The notes beneath the pieces are model-generated. The model did no database searches and had not been told where the DNA came from. It was given only the letters and a program-made list of their open reading frames with translations. From assembly GCA_030141605.1 (NCBI GenBank), contig JAQGDQ010000879.1:20720-84719 (forward strand): a stretch of DNA of 64,000 nt, written 5' to 3'. Numbering within the stretch: the first letter of the stretch is position 1; each line of letters starts with the position of its first letter. This document shows, piece after piece, positions 1-13,566 of the stretch. The position numbers and the translations under genes are program-made. Source of the DNA: Tubiluchus corallicola (taxonomy: Eukaryota > Animalia > Priapulida).

Positions 1-31
1 AACACTTGGTAACTGGATCCTGGATAACTCG

Positions 32-85
<54 letters not shown>

Positions 86-1020
86 ATATCAAAGGTATAT
101 CATATATCCTTCATAATGTATATTCTTGATATCTATAATATCCTATATTTTCTTGATAGCCAGATATCCTACATATTCATATATACATGTTTATCAAATA
201 TATATATATGGGTATTGAAGACTTAAATATATGAATATTTGCAAACTGTTTCGCAAATAAGCACTTGGTAACCCCTTTCCAAAAACGTTTTCAATGTTGA
301 GAAATTGGACCTTTAGTAACTTATATACATGCGCATAAGCACATATGTTGAAAGTGTGACATTCCTTTTGCAATTCGGGAACTTGGTGACTGCATTAAAT
401 CTCTATTGTAGCTCGCACTTTTGATACTTGCAATCTGGGCATTTTATTCATTTATTTGTTTTATTCACACCCATTAGCAAAATACAGTCTATAATAAAAA
501 CAATATATATATATATATAACTGGTTGGCGAAAAAACAATATTTACAAGGGTGGCAAAAACACAAGAGATTAACTCTTACATTATCTCTACATAACTAAA
601 CAATTGGTATCACGTAACTTGATAAGTAATAGTTGTAAGCCGAACACTTCGTAACCCAAACACTTAGTAACTCTCTTACTTAATTATTAACAAGTTTCTG
701 GCTTACCATACGTTCGTGTTATCAAGTGTCAAAGTTACGTGTCATACGTTTGCGCAGGTATCAAAGGTTAGTAATTGTCCAGTCACCAAGCGTCCAGCGT
801 TATCAAACGTCCTGGTTACCAAGTCTCTATGTTGCCGATTACCATTTACTAAATTACGGTACTGGTGACAAAATGACCATAATTTACTGCAGAGTTAAGC
901 AATACCCTGGATAAGTGCTGAATTAACACTTATCACGAATTGTCCTGTTACGAAGTAACCGATGTTTATTTAATTATGGGATGTCGAGGTTACAATTGAT
1001 CTTTCTTTATTAACGAATTA
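1..1020. repeat. Degenerate repeat-rich region with CACTTGGTAAC-like motifs in both orientations, possibly a decayed non-autonomous DNA transposon
   Basis: CACTT(G/C/A)GTAAC at about 3, 262, 645 and 661; inverted GTTACCAAGT / GTTACGAAGT at about 816 and 947. Confidence 0.35.
35..83. repeat. (AT)n microsatellite
   Basis: Uninterrupted AT dinucleotide run. Confidence 0.97.
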
Positions 1021-1212
1021 ACCGAGATGAGTTGTGAGAGAGCAGAGAGTAGACGAGACAATAAAAACGAGAGAAACCATTGTGAAAAACCATTGTGAAA
1101 AACCATAAACGGATAAATAGATAAACCATTTTGTAATAAATCATCCACATATTCTCGCGAATACTATACGTATGATGAAATGTCACTGAAATAATTTGCT
1201 TGTGATTTACAG

Positions 1213-1261
1213 CTCCTGTCTATGCTCAAATGCTGAACGTTGTACTTCAGATATCAATTCC
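1213..1261 (+). other. Candidate 5'UTR exon upstream of the 5003 exon
   Basis: Acceptor ttgtgatttacAG and donor cc|GTAAGT; the 5003 exon has an acceptor and so needs an upstream exon. Confidence 0.35.
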
Positions 1262-3929
1262 GTAAGTGTTTGACGCTATAAATCTTCAATAGGTTTTTTT
1301 AGTTGTTCGTCCATCCAAGGGATGGACACTTATGAAAAGGGCGGAAACACCTGGCAACTGCGTAAAACAGCCTACGAAAACGGCAAGCCCGTTGCCGTGA
1401 TTACAAAACCAGTGATTACAATCCATTTGTTGTTTCAGTGTTGATTTATGATTTGTAATTTATATGTTACGGTTGATTGTACATTTCATTACATATGTAT
1501 GTTATAAATCTTATTATACATGTATATTATACATCTTACCTTTAAATTTGCTGTCGTACAGATATGTTTTACTGTTCTAGTTATTAATTTTTGTATATTT
1601 GATTTTTCTGTATCTATATATAGATAAATAAATAAATATATAAATATCATTATATATACATGCATAATGATACGTAATGATAATGATACATACTATACAA
1701 GCATACAAGCATAAAAGTTTACTACCCGTAAGCCTAATTACGCGGACATTTCAATGGACTTTCAACATGACAACTTTTTAGACGACGTAATCTTCCCATA
1801 ATATCCTAGTACAAACTCAGTTAATGGAAAACGTTGTCCCCTCATTAGCCTTTTGTCCATCGCGCTCAACCTTCTGAGAATAAAAAAGAAATTTTGCCTA
1901 TTTCCAGCAATACTGAGTGCATGGCAATACAATGCATGTTAAACCTTGTTCTTTACGTCTAATTCCATACGTCGTGATTACAGCAGCCATGCAACATTGT
2001 TTAAGTTTAATGTTAATTGTACGATCTTGTATGTTTACGACAGCAGCATAATAGAAAAATAAACGTATTTGCCGTATACTATATACTACTGTAGTGGTAA
2101 CATTAGTTCACCTTGTGTATTGAAAATAAAAACAAATTTATTGCTTTTAGCGGTACAAGTAAGTAAATACATCTGGGGGCAGAGAAAAGCTATCATGTAA
2201 ACCTATCGACCAAAGTAACAAGTCCTTCCAACCTATTAACATAACAAGTAGACCCTGCTAAAGAATACTGGATACTAGCCTGCAGTACGCCGCATAGTTT
2301 AAAAATAAATAAATAAATTTTCACTCAAGCATAGACAAATTAATAAATTTTCATTTGAATTTGCCTAACAGTCTATCTAGTTAAATTACAATTACTCCGC
2401 AGTTTTACGAATTCTTGGTTACAAAATTTCTCGCAACGAAGCAGTGAATATGTTTATAATGATAACTACAAACAGAAAGCTTCACGATGCTTTATAGAGA
2501 AGATGAGAACATCATTTTTCCAGTCAGTATTTTGTGCTCAGATATTGCCAAAAACTACCCCCCTCCGTAGACACGTTTTCTGAAGAAATATATTAGACAA
2601 CGCTGGTACCAGAAATGTGACAAATACTTTGCTACGATCGATAAGAATTCTCTAATAATGTGTTTTTTCGGTATTTTTTACTCTTTCTTGCTATCTTTGT
2701 AAGTAGAGAATAAAATGTTCATAAATGTTCAACAGATTTAACTGGTTCAATTTTTTGTATCTGCAATGGATTCTTTCGTTTTTCAGTGTGGAATGACCGC
2801 CAATAATTGTTGCAATCACAAAAGTAAAAAATCAAAGAAGAAAATTTGGGTTCTTGTCCAACTACAGCATAACATGCACTAACACATGCGCATGCCATAT
2901 ACATTCGTTCATACATGTGGTGTGGACACAAGACCAATACCTCAATAAAAGGAAACGACTAAATTTAATATAATTTAGCGCCGTGATGAAGATTCACGAA
3001 AGCACTTACAGCCGAATATTAATATTAATGTATTCAGTTGAGTTTGCACCTATATGGAACATAATAGGCTTTGTTTTCACCCTCCTGTCTGACTAGAATT
3101 TGTCGCTTTAACATTCTCATCCATCATTTTAGAAAAATCAATTAAGTACACAAACCAAGTTCTAGGCTCCACGTCTTGCCTACATCAAGTACTTTGCTCC
3201 TCGTACAAGTGCCGCTTCACATATTAATATTTATCAACTTTTCAATGCTTCCTGGATAAGGAGCAATCGACGACTGAACTTCCTCATGTTGTTTGACTAG
3301 GGAAAAAGACTGCACATCTATTACTTCAGAATAATTAAGTTTTTTTAATTATACAAGTCGTCCCACTGACATATTCATGAGTAATCTTATCTTTATTTTT
3401 TTTCGTGTAAACCTGTACTGACTTATTAGATGAACTCGATACTGCCACAATATGATTATGAAGAACCGATGTATTTCAGTCAGTAAAACCCGTAATCAAT
3501 TTCTTAATTACTATATTGATTGTGTATTCTTATTTATACATAAAAGCCAACCTAACTGCTTTCAGGCATTTTGTAATATTTAAAAAATAAAATAAATAAA
3601 AATTAAATGCTGTGACTCATATCAAAGACTTCCCATCAAAGCTCACAGATTTCCAAATATTGTTTATTTTAAAATGGTTACTAATGATTTTTTGCACTAA
3701 AACATCTTATGTCTGTTTGCTTTCAATGTTGTTAGCAGTGAAACTATCGAAGCAATGTAATACACAATGTAAAAAAATGAAAGGATGCAATAAAAAGCTC
3801 GACGCCACATAATGAACCTTACAGGAGTCAAGACGAAATATTATCAATAATAAGTACCAAGTGTTTCCCGTATCTAAATATCAGCGTTTTTACGTTAGCT
3901 AACAAACGTTGACGTTAGGTAATTAGCAA

Positions 3930-4510
3930 TGACGTCACTGTTGGTATAATTCTCCAATTGCTGGGCCTTTTGCATCTTTGTGAAAAGAAGGATACGACAC
4001 TGCTGAGTTACATAAACCGAGAAACACGAAAACTCAGCAATTTAAGTTTACAATTTCAACTACAAGTTCAATACCGGGTTAATGCGTGACGTAATAGTTG
4101 GGTCATGACTGACGTAGTTTCCTGTTATCCACAGTTTTGCTAGTCTATTATAGCGTCTATTTGTTACGCAATACGAATCGGAGAAATAGTCATTGCTGCC
4201 CATCTAGGAACTACTGAGAACGTGTAACATTAAAAACCCACTGCGATCATGGAAAATTGTAAACCTGCCTGCTTCTCTACCTGCTTATCTGCGTATGATG
4301 TAAGCCACGTCGAAGTAAACTTTGAGAGTAAAAACTTTTATTTCGTCTTTAGAATTTACTTGCATGCCTTGCGTGCACCTTGTATTGCAATCGTCTTTTG
4401 TGCAAACCGGGACAACTTATCAGCTTTTTCACAGACGGCTTTCATCTTCCTCTGCTGATTAACCTTGATACGCCTCATTTCCAATCCACATCTTTTGCGT
4501 GCTTATAAAA
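3930..4510 (+). promoter_or_regulatory. Candidate promoter/enhancer motifs (CRE, CCAAT, TATA)
   Basis: TGACGTCA at 3930-3937, TGACGTAA/TGACGTAG at about 4087 and 4110, CCAAT at 4481, TATAAAA at 4504; motif matches only. Confidence 0.25.
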
Positions 4511-5006
4511 ATCGACGTGCCGCGCGTATCCACGCTAGACCTGTTATTACCTCATGGGTGACTCCTGGTCTGTTTCGTACCGTGTGATCAATAAAACCTT
4601 TGAAAAACAACAACAGTTTAATCTTAAAAAAGAACGACTTGCCTTCGCTAGATCTCCTGTAGCTTCCCGATTCTTTTAGTTTGTCCATTTCTCATGTATT
4701 CTGTGTCTGCCTCTATGCTGATATTTCTCGCTTTAACCTAATTTTGCGAGAACGGGCAATAGAGTGCATGGTGATGGGCACTCACGACTACTGAAGGCCT
4801 TCTGTATAAATTATTGTTGATGAAAGTAGAACGTGAGCGCAGAAATATTGCGGATTCTTTTCAGAAATATTTAAAATGTGTTAAATATTTGAGGGATGAT
4901 GTTACATTAAAATCTTGATCGATGTTAATCTGATTAAGCAGACGGCGCATAACCTATAGAGGATTATCTTTTTTCATCTTAAGACGTTCTTGTTAATTTC
5001 AGAATC

Positions 5007-6736
5007 ATGGAGAAAGGTCGAGTAGAGGAGGTTCGTCCCTGTATACAAGAACGACGTAGACAAAGCCTTAGTCTTCCGCTCAGCGACCAGGCGTCGCCAC
5101 CTCCGCGGCAAAGTGATTCACCGTCTCGCGTGGTTGATCACAGTGCAAGGACAACCGAACATTCACCGGTGAGAATAGCCACTGATGGACATCGTCGACC
5201 AAGTCTTACGCTGACCACAGCTACAGGAGCCGTCAAGGAACTGGACATACCCATGAAAACTAGACGGAAATTGCCGGAAATTGGTGATCGTAGGTCGAAT
5301 ATTGCCGTACAACTGGCGCACACTTTGTCAAAAATTGGCAGCGATAATGCACTGCTGGCTCGACACGATGAAATCAGGGAGGAAATGACATCAAACTTTC
5401 CTCGACGTCCTAGTCTGACCATTGATGCTATGTGCGCGGGTGCGGCAAAAAACGGAAGCCCCGAACTTTCACCTGGAATGCAACCAATCAGTGGAAGTGC
5501 ACCAAGCAGCAGACGTACAAGCATGGCACTCCACAGCCCAAATGCTTCTCCAAATCTTTCACCTAAACTGACTCATAGGCTTTCAGATCAGGAAAGCAGA
5601 CGATCGAGTAATGCAAGCTCATCTAGCGTACAGTCATTAAATGACATTTTTGATCATTATTTTCAAGTAGCAGAAGAAATGGCGAGGAAGAGTCCTATAC
5701 TGGATTCTGAAAGTGTAATGGAAAATGGAGCTTCACTGTCTCCACGGATGAAGCATGTTAGGAGTCCCTGCTCCAGTCCTAGAAGTCGTAGTCCAGTAAA
5801 CGTCATTGAAGAGTATCCTGGATCTGCTCATGCCACACATCGATCACCTTCTCCTTGCAGACGCAGAGACAGGTTTGCTGCAAATCGTCCCATTGAAATT
5901 GATCAGAAGGACTCGCTTTTTTGTTCACCTTCTCCTAGTCCGCCACAGAGAAAGTCCGATGCACGCTCACCAAAAATGAAAAAGAAGAAAACGTTTAGCA
6001 AGCGCCATAGCGATGTTGTTGATTATCATCCTTTAAAGAGACAAGCGGAATTTGATCTTGCTAAGCGCAGCTTATCACAGGACAGGCGAAGCAGCGATAG
6101 TGTTGTTGTTAAAACAAACGATGGCGATGATATTAGTAGCGACTTGAAAAACATGTTAAAAATTACATGTGAGGCATTTTCCAATGAAGACATTGCTGAT
6201 GAGAATAACACTGTAAATAATCTATTAAAACCATCAGATGCTGAACTAGAACTGTCAGAAAGTGGGAAACCTTTGTCGCCATTGAGTGCTGCTCGCCGAA
6301 AAAGTGACTCATCGAACGAAAGTGCACCACGCCCAAAATCTCCACAGTTTGAAAAATGCCGCCGAAAAGGAAGGAGGCAAAGTGATAGCCTAGTTCTAGT
6401 TCAGAAACCCTACAAGGTTCGGCCGACGCCCACAAAACACCCACAACAACCGGGAAACAAACCAACCAATCTGAAAATAGAAAATCCCACTTACACCAAG
6501 ATGCTTTCGGAAAGTAGGAATTCTCAGAAGTGGTCGGCAGTACAGCCGCCCGAACCCTCATGGTGGAGTGAACCAGACTGGGGTGATATACCACCAAGAA
6601 TGAGAAACCGAAGCGTGTCTTCACCATCAAAACAGGTGAAAAAGTCAGGAAATATCATTGTTCCTCTAAATAAGAAGTTGCGCAAGCCAAAATCCATCTT
6701 TGAACCTACGGTATCAGCCCAGGAATATTACAGAAC
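5007..6736 (+). CDS. BAIAP3: BAIAP3/Munc13-4-like gene, alternative first coding exon V1 (576 aa, Ser/Arg/Pro-rich disordered N-terminus)
   Basis: 1.7 kb GC-elevated ORF; acceptor tgttaatttcAG at 5001-5002; ends AC|GTAAGA (phase 2), so the ORF-track TAA lies inside the donor; phase fits exon 51788. Linkage to the gene is inferred. Confidence 0.75.
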
Positions 6737-6985
6737 GTAAGAGCTTTCTTAATACTCTGATTAGCAATTCTCAAACTCTTACTGGGTGACAGGTCTGTGT
6801 CGTAAGTACGGTTTGCAACTGCGCCATCTCTCGCAGCATTTTAGACAAATTTGCGTAATTTTTTTTTCAATGCGCAAAATATTTGCGCATGTCCAAATCG
6901 TTTTTTAAGATTTTGTCTAAAAACCCAAATAAATAAGCGAATAAGCCCCTGTCAGCAATTTAATGAAGTCGGCAAGTCAACCTTT

Positions 6986-7034
6986 ATAAATAAATAAACA
7001 AATAAATAAATAGATAAATAAATAAATAAATAGA

Positions 7035-7085
<51 letters not shown>

Positions 7086-7092
7086 AAATAAA
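6986..7092. repeat. (TAAA)n microsatellite
   Basis: Tandem TAAA with a few TAGA/CAAA variants. Confidence 0.95.
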
Positions 7093-9380
7093 TTAATTAA
7101 TAATCACAGATCAAATTGTCTAACTATTTCGAAAAAACATGTGAAATATTTGTTCGCGTTACCTATAGCGCTTTATAAGATGCTTTCTGGCAGTCACTGA
7201 AAATAAACTGTTTGACGATTCGTGAACAAAAGGTATTCGAGTGATTTCTTTAGCTCAAGCTAGTTCGTCAAAACACATTAATTTTTAGAATTTTTTAGTT
7301 AGATGTCTTACAACTTCAGAAGTAATATAACGCATCCGAAAGCTGTTATTTTAAAGACAGCAACGCTTGTTATGCCAGACTGTTATTCGCACTAGTGGTC
7401 TATTAACCAGGTAATAACATCATCATCATAATCACCCTCGTCACTGTCATTGTGATCACCTCCTTCACCATAATCATCAGTCACCGTCATCATTATCACG
7501 AAAATTAAGCCATAAACGAAATATTTGATAGATGCCCCGCGGCATTGGTACCATTTGATGAAATCGCTATCGAAGCTGTTCGGCTCAAAGATAAACTAGT
7601 GCAAGACAGGCCCAAAGATAAGCTTTCAGTTTCCAATCTCGTAATTGCTTTCAGTTTATCAATTTGATAATATTAAGCGGCAATAATAAGTTTCACGTTG
7701 GTTCTATAAAAAGCGTTATTATTGTGAAATTTATCTAAGCACACAGCAAATAATAACATTTGTTTTACGTTTAACAACAAATGGACGGGGCACGGCAAAA
7801 ACTTAAAATTTGCTTGCTTTTTTGCATTGTTGGGTATAATTTTATGTTGCTTTTGGAACCTTTTGAAACAGCACATAATCCACTAGCCACAGCTGCCACA
7901 CCAAATTGTGCTTATTCTTTTTCCTCGGTAGATGGCAGCAGTTGCTTGGTTGCTAGCGAATCGTAAACACATAACAGCCACATCGTGTTTTTAATCAGGT
8001 TTTACTGACTCAGATGGAAATAGTTCAAATAGCTTTGTTGTCGCTAGTTGTTCCACTCGTGATTGTAAGCTTCAAGGTTCTATTGCAGATTTATGGAATA
8101 ATTGCTACTATCGCCAGCGCTACTAAGATTTTTATTTACATGTCATTAACTCGTCGATCACGAAACCTGTCATTAACCACAAGTGACATTGCATTAAAGT
8201 AGTTGATCAAAGTTAGTTATTTTAGTAGTAAAATAGTAAAAAAATTCAGATAATTTTTTTTAATTGAAGCTGCAATTATTTATTATCAAGCTGTTGCTGC
8301 AGTAATAACAGTTAATTGCTGTGGTTTTCAATGCGACCGCCCAGGCTTCACCGTTTTACTAGATTTTAAAATAAACTAGTGGCGTCACCTGGTAAAGGAA
8401 TTTTTAAGTTTCTAAACATTAGTTTATGGTAAGGTATTGTAAAACAACGAAGTTGTGCTAGAGCTTTACAAAATGCCCATGGTAGTGACAGCTCTGGTGA
8501 AAAATCGGTTCTACGATTTTATTAAAACATTAGTTACGTCAATTGCATAATAAACACTTTCATCCCTAGATGCAATTAAGCGTGCTGCAGTTAACACTGA
8601 TTCTGATTAATGGGTGCGCAAATATTTACGTTCCCCCTGTAAATTAATTTTCATGCCGTTTTTATGCAGTTTAATTGCGAGCCATGGCCTCAGTAATTAT
8701 TAATAATTATAATTAATTACATTACACGAAGCCGTTAGAAAATTCAAGGAAATAAACAGCATATTATTTTTGGATGTTATGCTAAAGTATGCTTTTGGAG
8801 ATTTTTAAGAATTTGCTTGCAGTCTTTCATGGGGTTATCATCATGTATACATTGCATCAATTTATTCACTTTTCGCTCTGAAATTCGAAATTTCCCAAAA
8901 CTGCTTTCGATTGTAAACGCACTTTTAATACCAGGGTGCAAGACTGTATGCGTTACTCACAGTAATGGCAACTTATAATTATTTAATTATAGGCAAGAAT
9001 ATCTTAGTCATAGATGTTCTACGCTAAACTGACAAGCAAGATTTGCAGAAAAAATAATTATGAACTAGTTAATTGAATTAAGTCGAATTGCGTTTATTAT
9101 TTAGTGAGACTCCGTGAGACTTTTATAAGAATATATCAAATATAATATATGGCCAGTTGAATCAAACTTCACAGTAAGGGCATTTAGTTATAATAATAAA
9201 TGTTATTATAAATTTTCTAGAGTAACCTGAAACACTCTACCCTTCTTGTGAATGTATTTTATCCATGGTTTTATCCACGGTGTGCTCGACAGTGCAAACG
9301 TAGCAAAAAAGAGAAAAGACACATGTTAATTTAATTTGTTATTTCTGTATGAGTGAATGACATTAGCTTGTACTCTGGGC

Positions 9381-9632
9381 TCAGTGCCAAAGAACTGCCT
9401 GGTCAATGCCAAAGACTTGCCTGGTCAATGCCAAAAACCTGCCTGGGACAATACCAAAGACTCGCATGCTCAATGCCAAAAACCTGCCTGGAACAATACC
9501 AAAGACTTGCATGGTCAATGCCAAAGACCTGCCTGGTCAATACCAAAGACTTGCATGGTCAATGCCAATAACCTGCCTGGGTCAACGCCAAAGACTCGCA
9601 TGCTCAATGCCAAAAACCTGCCTGGAAATGCC
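9381..9632. repeat. 22/23-bp minisatellite, about 11 units
   Basis: Consensus TCAATGCCAAAGACYTGCCTGG with alternating variants; explains the overlapping ORFs at 9353-9668. Confidence 0.95.
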
Positions 9633-9999
9633 TTTTCTTCCGCAGTTTGTTTAGGTTTATTAATTTGAACTGCTGGCAGGCTTGAAAGCATTGGCTTGTT
9701 TTCTTATATTATCTGACACAAGTCATTTATGACATAATTTCCTGTGGTTGAATCCAAGATGCTGAAAGAAATAAATAGTTTCAGCAACGTTAGAACGTTA
9801 ACAAGCAGCTACTTATTCAGTGATTAACTTCTATTACTCCGGCTGCTAGCGGCAAATTAATTAAATATTTCAAATAAAGCAAATTTGATTTTAGCATAAA
9901 CAAAATATTACCATATTTATATATTATTTATTTATTAATTTATTATATTGTTAATATAGAACTTATTTCTATATAGGTATATATATATATATATATTAA

Positions 10000-10451
10000 C
10001 CCTTTCAGTCCCAAATTATTTTTTTAATAAGAAAACATTTTTTGGCTTGGTACTTTTGTTCAGTATGTCCATCTTGTTTACACATAATAATTATTTTTTC
10101 TACTTGTGTGCTAAATATAGCCTGTATCCCACGGGATACATTGGGATTCAATGGAAGCATAAAATGTGCTTCATTTTGCAACTACTGATAATTTTTTAAA
10201 GTATTTAAGACATTTAGTATGCACGCTATGCTGATCTGTACAAAGTCATCCCTAAAGTACTGTACCTTGCACAGTTTTTATGCTATGTAGATTTTCTGGT
10301 TTGCCGTTTTATCACCATTTTTAGCCTATTGTTATTGGCTTAAATCAAAATAACTATTAACAGATCAAATAACTGTCAGTTTTAAAATTTTATAAATTTT
10401 AAAGGCAGAAAATATTATCGTATCCCACGGGATACAACGGGTATGAAAGGG
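10000..10451. mobile_element. piggyBac-like MITE (452 bp)
   Basis: TTAA on both sides (9996-9999, 10452-10455); TIRs CCCTTTCAGTCCC / GGGTATGAAAGGG (11/13); palindrome GTATCCCACGGGATAC present twice; no ORF. Confidence 0.85.
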
Positions 10452-13298
10452 TTAATATAGGTACCTTATTTATAGAACTTTTAATTTCTTCGATTTGAAT
10501 AAGATCGTGCTTGAATTTATTAAATTTTATTTATTTATTTATATTTATGTTCATTTCAGAATCATTTCTTTTGCCTATAAAACAATTGCAAATTTTACAA
10601 TCACAATGAAATATAATAATATGCACGATTAAAAAGGATCAAAAATTATCTCACAAACAACCATCGCCAGCAGGTAAAAATTTCGCAAGATCCGCGTGTA
10701 CGATTTCCGTTTCCGTTCTCGTAGGCTAGATTTTGCTCTATTTCAAAGGACCCAAAATCTTAACACACGATATTAACAAAGGGGCTGATCCTGCTTTCTG
10801 AGCATTCCAAGATGAACTCTAACTAGAAGCTTCCACAAAATTTCACGTTACAGAGCTCTGACAATGATTGCGAATGACATTGCAATTTAATTTAGGTTTA
10901 CGTTAAGGTAATTGTCCTCATCAGTGTTTCGATACCAATGCCTAATTGAACAGAGCAGTACGTTGTAAGAGTAGTTAGCAGTAGTGGCGCAAAGGCCTCA
11001 TTATAATCAATTGTGAGATTTGCTAAATGCACAGACGGCTAGCTTATATTGCTTCACTGGTCATTGTGGGTCCCAATCAAAACTTATACAGGGCGTCCGA
11101 AAACAGAAATAGTGCAGTAGAAATATGGCAAACATGAAAACAATGAAAATTGACTTCTGCTTTGTGAAGTAACGATGACGTAAAATAATATTATATTTCT
11201 ACATAATTATACATTATTTAGATCATTATTTCGTTCATTACGTCACATCATTATACCGCCATCAAGTGAAACTGCAATAAATAGCTCGACAGTCACTGAT
11301 CCATTTATAAATTAAGTTTGGCGTTACTTAATTTTACATCTTGACCATTTAGTTATTTTCCTTAGCCCAAATTCAAAATGTGCAGAAAAACTGTTCTTAA
11401 TCGATTCCCCAACCCCACATACTTCAAGGCAACCTGAGTACTAGTAATTTTCGTTTTTCTGTTAAAGTCGCATTCCTGTTTATTTATTTACTTATTTATT
11501 CATTTAGTTATTAAAAATACGCCAGCTAAATGTGGCTCCTATTTACAAGAAAACAACACTAAAACGAAATTAAAAATTTTCATACAATCTCAATTACAAT
11601 TATAGTTAAAATTTACAATTATAGCTAGCTGTTACCGCATTAAAATTTTTAAAGTTCTTTGTAAGTTACACTCACGCATCTTAACAACGTTATATATATA
11701 TATATTACAAGCACATCTAATAAGCGTGTAAATTATATCAGCAAAATTTCAAGAAAATAATGTAAACATTCTGTGGTACATTTAAGTTTTCTGAAAGCCA
11801 TACAGCCTGTCACGCATGTTAATAAGGCTAAGCAGAAATTTGCTACGGCGATCGTAATTGCTACTTTAAATGCTTCCATAAAATTAGAAGCCTTTAGTTA
11901 CATTTACTGCATGATTATACGCTGCACATTTCGTTATTTATTTTACCGTATTTCTCCGGTTTTAACAGTTTGTAACATGTTATATTACAGTTTGGAAAAC
12001 GGTCATATTACGTAGGCAGGCTAATGTTTTGCTAATGTGCAATTATATGCTGGATTTTGGTTTAACACTTTTTAGCTTCTGTTGTCGGACAGCCCTCAAA
12101 GCGTAACAAACTGCACACAGTTCACGACAACATGCACGCGTTCTCTGAAAAGTAAAGATTTCTCTGAAAAATAACCAGGCAGCAAATAAGTGTTTTAATA
12201 TCGCGCGGTGGATCAAAAGTTGTTCTAATTCGCCTTGTTAATGGCTTCCATAACTAAATATTGATGCAGTACACATTGCGCCACGATTTGAATTGTCTAC
12301 AATCAAATGTCACGACTTCAAAGGTCTGAATGGATGGAATTGCACTAAATAGCCTATTGCCACTTCGATGCTTCTTTCTGACAAACTGCTGCTACAACCA
12401 TCATCCGTGATATGAGTATTGCTTTACGCCGTTTCGCATTTTCAGAAACGGCACCGGCAAGACGACGCGGCATCCGGAAACATCGCTATTCACACATAAC
12501 TAACAACACAACCATAAACACAATGTGGAGAGAGATAAACCAGTCAAATTATTTGATTATTCCGTAATAATTGTCAGTTTTTTCACCCGCTTCCAGGACA
12601 GCCGAGATCAAATGTGAACGGACTCGAAGTAAGAGTTGCTGAATTTTGTCCTGTTTTATTTTGCATTCTCGTCGTTTAAAGTTACGCATAACATTTTATA
12701 GCTTTACGAAATCAGTTCAGCGAAGAATCAACTAAATTAGTCTGATCTCTTTAACGAAATCTTTATAAGCACAACTGGTTTAGCATAAAAATCTGCAGTG
12801 TAGTAAAATTGTGTAGAAAAGTTTGTGAGGCAACTGACTTTGAATTAACATTAAACTTTCTTGCTGTCTGACACGTTTTTTGTCCTTCACACACCTTTCA
12901 CAGAGACAGCAAACTCAGTAACTGAGGCAATAATTGCTGAAACAAAAGTTAGAAAATCCTTTTAATATTCTCTTGGTATTTTCCTTTTTAAATTTACTGG
13001 AATTTTGTTGGAAATTTACTGGAGTTCCGCGGCAATTTTGTTGACCGTGAGCAGCACTTCCACAAATCAGTCGGCTTCTCCTTCACCTTCTCTAAGGAGC
13101 AATAATTAAAATTTGTTTGACACTTTGTCAATTTCTCTAAATTTCACAAAGAACTCAACTGTGATCGACCAGGCTCATTAAGCCTAATGAATTATTTTAA
13201 ATAAAGTAGAAAGAAAAAATGTGAAAAAATTATGAGCCTTTTGATATCCGGGTATCTTCATATCACATAGTAATACTTTATTGCTATGATTTTAATTA

Positions 13299-13566
<268 letters not shown>

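Noticed and set aside
2151-2158. 8-nt AG|CGGTACAA|GTAAGT micro-exon
   Set aside because: Would be in the UTR with no frame constraint to test it; likely chance
5138-6630. Minus-strand ORFs of 128, 61 and 155 aa
   Set aside because: Antisense shadows of the real coding exon
5007-6740. 577-aa ORF as a complete single-exon gene
   Set aside because: The stop TAA lies within a consensus GTAAG donor, as in V2-V4; better explained as a spliced exon, though not formally excluded
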